Origin: Lama glama
Lineage: Eukaryota
Direction: 5' to 3'
DNA: 64,000 bases
NCBI GenBank assembly: GCA_028534125.1
Contig: CM052816.1
Span: 32,986,001-33,050,000 of the forward strand
The notes under the pieces were generated by a model. The model saw only the letters and a list, made by a program, of their open reading frames with translations, searched no databases and was not told the DNA's origin. Made by a program: the position numbers and the translations under genes. Shown here in pieces: positions 53,761 to 64,000 of the stretch; within the stretch, counting starts at the first letter, position 1, and every line of letters starts with the position of its first letter.

Positions 53761-56700
53761 TCATGCTTTACAACAGAATATCCTAGCACTTCAGAGATCC
53801 TTTCAGATACTCATGAAACTGATGAGAAAGATAAGGTCTCAGACAGAGGGTTCTTCTTATCAGAAGGGTAAAAAGCAGAAATGCAAAATCAGCATGAGGG
53901 AAAAGGTATTAATTCTTTAAAACTTCCAAAATTTTGAGAAACACAAGATCATTCACCTGATATAAGACCCAGGAAAGAACCAGGGAAAAATTAATCTCCA
54001 GCTATTTCCATTCGTTATGAGGAAAGGTTAAAGAGGAGAATATTGCAGTGTAGGTGGAAAAGCTCTCAATTCTACTAATTAAACAGTACATGGGAGGAAA
54101 GGTCACTTTAACTGATAGATCTTTAAAAATAAAAAAAACCTGAAGAGTATTTAATGTAGACATACTTTAAAATTTACTATACAATAGTAGCTAGTAAAAT
54201 AAAGTCACAGCATTTTCCACTAATAAATAGATTCTTACTTTTTGTGGTGTTATTTTCAAGGGAAACCAAAATTATATGCAATACAGGATATATGGAAAGG
54301 AACACAAACAAAATTAAAGACACTGCAATAAACTGGCAGCACCTACTTAAATTTCAAGATGGCTTGCATCTTAATGACACATTGTGAAGGAGATTGAGAT
54401 GTAACAATTAAATCCTGCTAATCAGAAGACATGAATATTTCAGTGTGTACTAAATACTGATGTGCCCCCAGAGCCAGAAACTCCCACAGAGAATTATATG
54501 AACAGGAGTAAAAGAGTTCCTTGACAAGGTCTGCATTGTTCATAAATTTTTATATTGATCCAATTTAGTAGGTATTGAATTCTCCATTCTCGAGAAACCA
54601 AGTACCTTTAATGGCGAAACACTCAATAAACTCTGCAGATCAGGAAAAACCAAGGTATTTTTCACAGCAATAGATAGTGCTTGGGAAATACCTGTATTTT
54701 TTACTGGATTGAGAATAATGTTTTCCTTTTGGAAAACAACTGAAGATTTAGATTTGAGTTTGTGTGCGTGTGTGTACTGATACAGATACATGCTTATACA
54801 CACATACACATATTAACACATACACATACAGACTTCCTGTGTCTACACATGCTCTCAGACTCAAGGCACATGCTCTCAGACTTTTTACTCAAGCCAGCAA
54901 CAGACAAGATGTGGACTACTGAGATGTTCAGTACCATCATTTTCAAGTGTATTCCCAACATTTAAGAGAGATTCTCACATGCACTATTTTTTTTTTAAAG
55001 AAAAATCCCCTTAAAATGCTTGATGCCATAAACAAACTCCCATTTCAGGGTAGGCTCAAGTTTACCCTGGCTTCGCCTTCCTAACCACAGGGCTGCTGAC
55101 GGATGGGTCATTTTACCACTCACTGGTGTATCTAATCCAAAGCACCAGAACAGGGTTGAAGAGACATTTCAAATCTGCTCAATGTTCTATCCTATCAGGA
55201 GCCCCACTGAGTGCTTCAGAGAACAGTGTGTTTAGATAGGGAGAGGAAAAGGTCTGAATCTTCTCTCCTTTTTAAGTCACCTAACCCAGCCAACACCAGT
55301 CCCAACCAGGACTTGTTCCTTGAAAAGGAAGAAAATGGGAGAGGGAAAAGAAAAAAAGAAAATGATGGAAAACACCAGTTTAAGGGTTAAGGACATAGGC
55401 TTTGTAACAAAACAAAAATGCCAGACTTGAGTACTAGTTCAAACTTCGTTAAGTTGTTAAAATGTTCCAAGTCTCAGTTTACTCACCCAGTAAAATGGGC
55501 ATGATACCATACAGAGTTGTAAGATTAAATGAACATACTATAGGCAACTCACCTGACCACAATGCTGCCTGGCAGAAGGTTAGCCACAATGGCTATTATC
55601 ATTTAATTATTATGGTCATCAGTCATGCTCCATGCTTGCCAAAAAGCATCATGATAACACTGGCCTTGAAAACATTGATGGGTTACTCTCCTATCTCCTT
55701 GTTTACACAAACCCTGATGAAGCAATCAGAATGACCCATCACCTTGAGGCCTAGATCACATTCATCAGAGGAATCTAGGCTCTGCCGCCTTTCAACCTAT
55801 GCAATTGGATCAGTTGCTCCCTACATCCTGGCTGGGCCTGCAGGTGGGCAGGCAAACATGAACTCTGAATGGCCTAGAAACCAGAGCAGCCTCACACCCA
55901 GCCTGTACCCGCTGCCACCTCCTGGCTCCTTACAGCACAAGGTAAGAGAGGGTCAAGAACCAAGTGGGACATATACAGTGACCCCAAAATGAACTTCCAT
56001 GAAGAGCAAGGATATATAAAGATCTGTTCATGGTAGTAAAAAAAAAGACAAGAAAATAAAACAGCAGTAGAATAAACTGCATGATATGCTTAATACACTA
56101 TGTTGCCTATAAAACAGAGAAATATGTAATTAACATGGTAATCGTATTTCCCATCTGGATGTTCAGTCCCTCAATTCATTCAGGATAGTTTCCACCTGTT
56201 CCCACCAACGCCCTGGACCAAGTTTTCCTTCTCCTAGTCCCCTTCTCTAGCCTTTTATGCCCCTTTATTTTTCATAATACTTATTACTACCTGGCAATAT
56301 ATCACACAAGGTTATTGTTCACCCGTTTCCCGATGAGGCTATGAGTTCCAAGAAGGTAGGCATGTAATGAAACTGGGGAAACAGCCAATGAACATGATGA
56401 ACTGTGCCTGGCACATGGTAGAACTTCAGATGGATTTGCTGACTGGATAAACATAGGAAATTAGAAAATACAGATAAAAGAACTTACATGATCCTTACCC
56501 CTAACACCTGCAGATACCTGTCAGATACTTTTCTATGTGTAAACATAAGTAGCTTATAAAATAAAGAAGAAATAGCTTAAGTGAAACAATGTTTAATGTG
56601 ATACTCTCTTCTATACTTTAAACTCTTCAAATAACTCACTGTATCATTAACACCCCCTCTAAGTCATTCCATCTCTAGAACAGTCCTCCATCCCCAGTGG

Positions 56701-57929
56701 TCCCTCCAGGCTCTTTTGACACACAGTACCTAGGACCAAGCACAACACCCCAGATGAATTCTGGCCAGCACACTTGTGTGTGCAGGGACCATGCCAATGG
56801 CCTTATATGGGTTTCCACTGTATTCTCACCCACTGAGACAGGAGCAATTATCACTTCATTCTGCAGATGAGCAAACTGAGGCATAGTCAGTTTTTCTAGT
56901 ACTTAAAAACCCAAACCTCCCCAGCTGACCTACCCTGTTGATCATTACTGTGCCTCGTTTACTGTGGGTATCCAGGGTCACAAGTTTCAGGTCACATGAC
57001 CTCACACGGCCCAGGGAGAAGGTCTGGGGAGCCAAGATTGTGGATTTGGATGATGCTCAGCACCAGATGGTTTATAGCTGTGCTGCACAAACTGGAAACA
57101 CCACGTGCACCAGAGGGAGTTGCAGTGAGGTCCCCTGTGCTTGCTTCGTCAGTGTCCGGCGTTGGCTGGAGAGAAGCAACTCATTGTAGGGGAAGCGCAG
57201 GTGAACTGTGTGACTGAGCAAACCCAGGAAGACCCTGTTCCTGCAAGTGAGCCATTAAACCCACCCCCAGCGGGTATGCCCCACACCCACCTGCCACTGC
57301 CGCCGGGCCAGTGCCCAGGGAGTGTTCACAATCCCCTGCCAAATCACAGAGATGTCAGAACTGCAGACGAAAGATGCAACTCAAGCACCTGTGCCACAGA
57401 CTAGAACAAAACACTGCGGCTGGAGTCCAGCTTGACGGCATTCCGGCTCCTTTCCTGTGATGAGCTGCTCGGCCCTCAAAGGCACCGCCACCTCCCACTG
57501 GGCCTCTAGAAACCACAGCACAGTACTAATTCAGAAGGTATGGAACAGCTCAGCATTATTTGAATAAACAAAGCCTCCCTTTTCTCCACTCTGTCTACAA
57601 AGAACACATTTGAGTACATATGCCTTGACAATTTTCTCTCTATTTATAAAGTGATTTACTCCTCTTTCCTGCCCCTCCATCTTGATGGCTAACTGAAACG
57701 ACTAAGTACAGCTGGGGCGTGGCAGAGCTCACGGCCAGCCTACACATGGGGAAGCCAAGACGTGAGGTCTCCTACATCGGTGCTCACCTCCGCCCTGCGC
57801 TGCCAAGGGCTGCAGTAACACTCTCGGAAGAGAAGCAGCAGAGGGATAAAGAGGCCGCCACGCTGGGTGGCTGATGACACAAACTCCTTTGGCTGCAGAT
57901 ATTATCGGTTGTTTCCGACCCTCTCTCTC

Positions 57930-58125
57930 TCTATTGAAGTACAGTCAGTTTGCAATGTTGTGTCAACTTCTGGTGTACAGCATAATGCTTCCGTCATAAA
58001 TGAACGTGCATATATTCATTTTCATTTGTATTTTACCATGTTACAAGATATTGAATATAGTTCCCTGTGCTATACAGTATGAACTTGTTGTTTACCTATT
58101 TTATATATATTAGTATCTGCAAATC
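57930..58125 (-). mobile_element. Short L1 3'-end stub (same family as 5039)
   Basis: 'attgaagtacagtcagtttgcaatgttgtgtcaacttctggtgtacagcat...gtatctgcaaatc'. Imperfect TSD tgtttcc(g/a)ac on both sides. Confidence 0.8.
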
Positions 58126-59095
58126 TGTTTCCAACTGTCTCTAAACGGAAGGAGCTCCCAGTGGGGAGGCACCGTCTTCCAGCCTCTAGTATACAGCTCC
58201 TAACCAACCCAAGCACGGTCTGCACCTCGCTGAATGATGGTGGCAGAGAGAGACAAGCTGGTTGCTCAGGGAGGTGCGGAGCTCTGAGGCAACCAAATAG
58301 CACGCAGCCTCCAAGAACTAAGGTGTGTTTTCATCATGTATTTTGGATGTTGCATTGCTTTCTTCCCATTGGACAGGGTCATCAGCAAACTAAACTCCTG
58401 TGCTTATAAAGGAGGAAATGTATATTTCCCCCAGCTCACTAAGTCCAACCTTAATCATTAGGTCAAACAGACCGCAGCAAATGAGGTGACATCTAATCCT
58501 TGTTTCTTGAAATGTCTACCGTCTCCCAATCATCCCCTCCCTCTCACCTTCTTCTAGACACAGCACTACAATGCAAGCAGAACATTCCCTGAAGCTGCCT
58601 GATTTTGTTTACTGCAAGCAGAAAGGCAGTGAGCAGAAAAAAGCATTAAAGATTCCTATGCTCTTTAAGAAGGAAACATTTCCAACCTAGATAAAAATAT
58701 CAAAGGAAAGTCTAAATCTGGCAGTGACTAGAAATACTGCAGTTTCAACAATACAAAAACTAAAATGTACTCAAACTATTAAAGCTAAGCTTCACTACTA
58801 AAGATGCTGACGCTGTCAATCAGTAGGCACAGGACTAAACACAAGGCTGGAAAACATGGTGAGCGAGCTTTCGCCTGGTACTCAGATGCGCTCTCCTTAG
58901 AAGCCCGAGTGAGTTGCTCTGTTGGTTTGCCCTGTCCTCGGGATTCTGAATGCTACTTATGAAACAGTGTGGGTGATATTACACCTCCAAGGTAAACACC
59001 ACTCTGAGATGGGTCAACAGGATGACAAAGTCCAATGACTCTGTGAGAGACTCTTCCTATCACTCTCAATCCAGGGCATCATTTATTAAAAAAAT

Positions 59096-59140
59096 AGAGA
59101 GAGAGAGAGAGAGAGAGAAAGAGGGAGGGAGGGAGGGAGA
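59096..59140. repeat. (GA)n-(GGGA)n microsatellite
   Basis: Seen directly. Confidence 0.9.
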
Positions 59141-60340
59141 GCGCGCTTAGTTTTGGGCTCCCAGAAAAATGTCACAAATGTGAAACGGGATAATTTAGCT
59201 GCAAGGTAAGAAGGATGAAGGCAAATTAGCACCCGCAGACAGGTGAATGATGAGCTCCCACACCGAGGGCAGTCACCAGCATGCAAAGCCCAAGACAATG
59301 AGTTTATATTTCAGCTAGAGGAGTCAGGGTTATCCCCCCCACATCTTATTTTCTTGATTTAAGCAGATAAACTCTTGGGTTTTGGTAAATTAAGAGGATT
59401 CGAGTTTGCTCTCAACGGGTCTCCTGACAGTGGGGCAGGATGCGCTGTCTCAGAGCAGCGATGGCTACGGAATCTCCGTCCTGGAAAACTTTTCAGGGCA
59501 GGGGCCAGTCTCCTCTCCCTGGGCTAATGTGGGTGCAGTCCTGGCCGCAAGTGCCGTGGACAGGCTCTCAAAATTCATTCCAGTCTGATGATTCTCTCAT
59601 TTTACACCAACAGATGTGCTGAGCTGAAAAAAGGTGAGTCAACAGAGTGATTATGGAGGACAGTTCTTTTCATGTGGCAATGGAACACAGAGGTTATTTC
59701 AAAGGAGGCAAGAGCACCTCAGAGTAAGCTTTTTTTGGTTTGTTTTCTTGGCTTTTTAAAATCCTGGCAATCATGCTCTGGCTAACAGAACAATGTTTAC
59801 AGAAGCACAGGGTTGAGGCACTTCGTTCCCTGCTGCATTGAGGCCAGAGAGCTGTGGCATTTACACACCTGCAGGGCTACCCAGACTGCAGCGGAAGGAG
59901 ATGTTTATTTAAAGTGACTGATACGTGAAGGAATAGCTTCACCTCCCCCAAAATAATGGGCGAGAGAAAAAAGGTAAAGAAAACCACCACCCTAAATCTG
60001 CTATGGAACAGATCAGATCTCAATTCCCTTTAGAACTTGAAGACAATCTTTCCTGGGGCAGAGAAATATAACCTACAAGTATCAACTTACCTTTCGATTG
60101 TCATCTTAAAAGAAAGTAAAATTACTCAAAAGTTGCCTACTGTCTCAAGATTTTAAAAATGAAAAATTTAACCCACCTAATTCCAGGTATTATTCTTTAC
60201 AGCAAAAGATTTATGTTCACAAAGAAAAAGTGGGAACCTATCAAATTATTTCCTGGGGAAACCCAGAGCATGAGAGTACCCTTATAAAGCAAGGTTAAGT
60301 TGACTTTTCTTCAGTCCCTTCACATAGATAGTGCAGTATT

Positions 60341-60453
60341 GTATATGTGTGTGTGTGTGTGTCTTTCTTTTTTTAAATGGAGGTACTGGGAATTGAACCC
60401 AGGACCTCATGCATGCTAAGGATGTGCCCTTCCACTGAGCTACACCCTCCCCC
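60341..60453 (-). mobile_element. tRNA-Ala(AGC)-derived SINE (camelid vic-1-like) with A/(CA)n tail
   Basis: Minus strand reads GGGGGAGGGTGTAGCTCAGTGG...CTTAGCAT...GGTTCAATTCCCAGTACCTCCA followed by an A-rich tail. TSD gtgcag(t/c)att at 60331 and 60459. Confidence 0.85.
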
Positions 60454-61634
60454 ACCTGGTGCAGCATTAAACCACAGGCAGTACACGGAAATCCTACTTG
60501 GAACTTCTACACCGTACGTGCTCGCATCAACATGGCAACTAGAGAGTCTTAAGGAATTGATAACCCAAATGTTAGAACTTGGCTGAAATGTGCTCTTTTT
60601 TCCCCCTAATAAATTCCAGATGTTACGAGTAGCTTCATATCCATTTAGAGACCAGTGCTTTACATAATTTATTCTTTAAAACCTTCTGGAAAAAATGTAA
60701 TTGCATTTCTTTTTCCCACTGCATTTTATGGGCAAAAATGCAGTTATTCATCTACTTAAAAAAACTTCAAAAAAATTAGCTGTTCCCCAGATTAAATGAT
60801 TTCCAAAGAAATACATTAATAGAGAATATGGAACGATAAATCTATGCTATGACAGATGATAATATAAAGCAGATCTTGCCTATAGTGAGTTCAAATTCCA
60901 GAATATATCATATGTACAAAACTCTCATGGTTTATGGAATTCTGACTCTCCAAGTTTGAATAGTGGGTACAGGCCACAGCTTTTCCCAAATGTCTTTGGT
61001 TTTTTATTAAGTCTTCCCAGTGGGTGGGGGTGGGGGAGAAGAGGGCAAACAGACTGGAGCTGGGGAGGGGTGAGCAGGGCAGGGGCAAAGATTTGGCAAG
61101 ACTCATACCATGCACTACACCTTTAACCCCTCAAAGTCAGCATAGCAAAGATCCCCTGAATTTGAGCTCAAGCAGTATCAAGAGCTCAGGCAGGCGTCAG
61201 CCCCCATAACAGCCACAGCTCTCCTGCAGGCAAACAGTAGAAGCAATCGTGTAAAGACTGTGCTGGCTACGAAAACAGAGCTTTAAGGCAAGCTCCCTGT
61301 GCTCCCTCTCCCCAACCCCTTGCCCCAGAGCATCCCTCCCTATAGAGATTTTCGAATGGCCACAGTCCTCTGCCATGGGAGAGGGGAAGAGGAGATACTG
61401 ATTTGCATCAGTCTTTTTGCTTTGTGATAGGCAGGGAAAAGAGAAAGGGTGAGGGGCAAGGAATTCAATCCAAAGAGGAGGGGAAGGAGAAATAGAATGG
61501 ACATGCCTTATGTTACACATGGAGGCAGCCACTAATTCCGAAGGAAGCCAAGAAACCCAGGAGAAAGGAAAATAAAGAGAACATAATTACAGGAATTAGC
61601 ATGACAGGTTTAAAAAAAAATGGGCCCTTTGGGG

Positions 61635-62000
61635 AAAAATAAACCAAGCTCATAGATACAGAGAACAGACTGGTGGTTGCCAGAAAAGAGGGGTGTGTAA
61701 AATGGGTTGGGGGGGTTTCAAAGGTACAAATTTCCAGTTTTAAAATAAGTCCTGAGGATGTAATGTAGAGCATGGTGCCTATAGTTAATAATACTGCACT
61801 GCACATATGAACGTTGCTAAGAGAGGAAATCTTAAAAATTATCACAAGAAAAAAATTCTCTATGTGTGGTGATAGATGTTAACTAGACTCACTGGTGATC
61901 ATTTCATAATTTATACAAAAATCAAATCATTTCATTGTACACGTGAAACCAATATACTATTACTATCATATGTTCATTATACCTCAATTTAAAAAAAAAG
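61635..62000 (+). mobile_element. L1MA-like 3' end with A tail
   Basis: 'aagctcatagatacagagaacagactggtggttgccaga...attatacctcaatttaaaaaaaaa'. Confidence 0.82.
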
Positions 62001-63062
62001 GCCATCTCTAAGAATTCTTTTTGCAGGATCATTCCTGCACTTAAATGTGACAAAGCCTTCATCTTGCATCACCTCCTGTAATGCCATGCCTGCAGCTTCC
62101 CAGCCAGCATTCCAAGGAGGAGCACGCATGCTCAGATAATGGGGTGGAGTTGAGTTGTGGAAAGAGAAACAGCTTGAGATTATTCACAAAAAAAGAACTC
62201 ACCCATTCAGACCTGGTCACACTGCTCAGGTGCGGAGCCAAGGAGGTTAATGTGCAAGTTCAGAAACATTGTGTGGGTCACATTCTGGCCACAGGGAGCC
62301 ACAAGGGTGAGTTTCTTAAAATGCATTGACTTGCCCTCTTCCCTGTGACAGGTCACCTTTTGAACTGCTAGGGGATGACCTGAGAGAAAAATAGAAAGCT
62401 TGGCAGCCAAGCACTCCTGTGTGGATGTAGGGAACAATCAGAGGGCTGTCTGGAAAACAAATGCCTCATTTCTTTAACAGTAGCTATTCAGGCAGCAAGA
62501 GGCAATTCAGAGATGGCCAGCAAAGCACACTGATTGGGAGATGGACATAAATGATACGTTTCTATTCTGCTCTAGCATTTATGCAGTGCCCAGTTTCACT
62601 CTGGTTAAATAAAGTACTTTCTTCTGGGGATGGCAAGTACATGATAACCATGACCACAGCTTCGACAATAGAATTAGATGGATCTACCCCACAAACCTCA
62701 ACTCCAATGTAAAATTCTTAGGATTTTCAATAAGATGCACAAATGGCTATTTTTTTTCCCAAAGGAGCAGATCACTGGCAGGTCTAGTCTTCATGGAAAG
62801 AAGTGATTAATATGGTGCCTAAATTACATTTTTATTTCTTTACAGCGACTACTTCTTTTAAACCAGGATATATGGAGGACATATGGAGTCGGAGGATTAT
62901 TTCTTTCATCTTTTTCTCCTTTTTTTCCAATGGGCTTTATTTCTACCCCATGGCAGAAGTATCCTTCCCTTGTAGAACTGGAAAATATACCACTTTCCCA
63001 CGTCTCAGGCAGGAAGCCATATTTCTGAAAACGTCTGATAAACCACGACTCCATGCATAGTG

Positions 63063-63066
<4 letters not shown>

Positions 63067-63111
<45 letters not shown>

Positions 63112-63130
63112 AGAGGGAGAGGGAGAGAGA
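63067..63130. repeat. Compound (TG)n(GA)n microsatellite
   Basis: Seen directly. Confidence 0.95.
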
Positions 63131-64000
63131 GCATGTGCGTGTGTAACTAAAGTACTTCAAGGCCCAACCTCTGTCTACCTGCCTTCCCACTCCTGTTTCC
63201 TTATCTGTTCTGCGGAAGCTAATATCTACCCTGCCCACTTCCCAGGGATACCGAGAAGGGGCAATGTTTATACAAGTGTTGTATGTTATAAGCACTATAA
63301 AAATGATTTAATACATGATACAGTTCAAAACAGTATTTACTGACCTTTATATGTCACTCCCCTTACTTGGGTCCTTAAAATTCATCTCTAACACACTTGA
63401 TAAAGTTTGACAAGAAGTCATGTCATGATCTATAGCCTCCTTGCTAATGGAGACAGTAGTTCCAGCATATGCAAGCACCTCTGACGTGTTCTGCTCCCAA
63501 CCAGGGAGCCTTAAGAAGCACTGATCATTAAGGGTGAGACTTGAAATTTGAAGGTTAGGAACAAGATAGCACCAAATCGCTTCCAGTATCAAGACATTAA
63601 TAGGAATCTTGTCAAGGAAAAGATGGGTATTTGGCTCCCATACTGGGATTTTTTCACCCTAAACTGAGACTTCACTGAAGTGCGGGGTATGGGTGTCCCT
63701 AAAGTTCTGGCTTTAGATATGCTGGGTGATCTTGAGAACTGCTTCTGTTCTGTAGGGGCGTTTGGCCATGACCTAATCGAATCACAGAAAGTGATTTCCT
63801 AGGAGTTCACTCAAATGTCTTCCTTCAGCACACATACACAAAAAACATCTAATCACAAATGCATACATCCCCAAGGAAGTTCTGAGACAAATTCTGCAGA
63901 GCACAACCACAACAGGGTACGAGGTGTTATTTCCCATCAGAAGGGAGCCATTTTCTCAACTCTAAAGACCAAAGGAGGAAGCACAGAAAACAGAACTGTT

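Noticed and set aside
60378..60453. Possible functional tRNA-Ala gene
   Set aside because: Has a 5' extension, stem mismatches, an A-rich tail and a TSD, and a related copy sits at 38416. It is a SINE.
44387..64000. Upstream MCC coding exon or nested retrogene
   Set aside because: I found no peptide matching the MCC N-terminus or any other known protein. The region appears wholly intronic, though short or non-coding exons cannot be excluded by eye.

Overview
Mammalian genomic DNA, most likely from a camelid, judging by the tRNA-Ala-derived vic-1-like SINEs and artiodactyl-type L1 3' ends (inference). The whole window lies inside the MCC gene (mutated in colorectal cancers; coiled-coil protein) on the minus strand. 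Five consecutive internal coding exons (44273-44386, 32111-32253, 20747-20889, 5561-5724, 3000-3206) have GT-AG boundaries and matching phases. They splice into 771 nt / 257 aa of open frame (LHLAALASLRGD...EERDRLRRR). The start and stop of the gene lie outside the window. The rest is intronic and rich in transposon relics: L1, L2, MIR, MER5, MaLR LTRs, SINEs and microsatellites. Notable relics are an internally deleted ERV-L with gag and dUTPase remnants, a 5'-inverted (twin-primed) L1 with target-site duplications (TSDs), and a nested L1-in-L1. I found no convincing evidence of a novel multi-gene system. The findings are modest observations on splicing, transposons and DNA structure. Repeat subfamily names are from recall, not from a database search.
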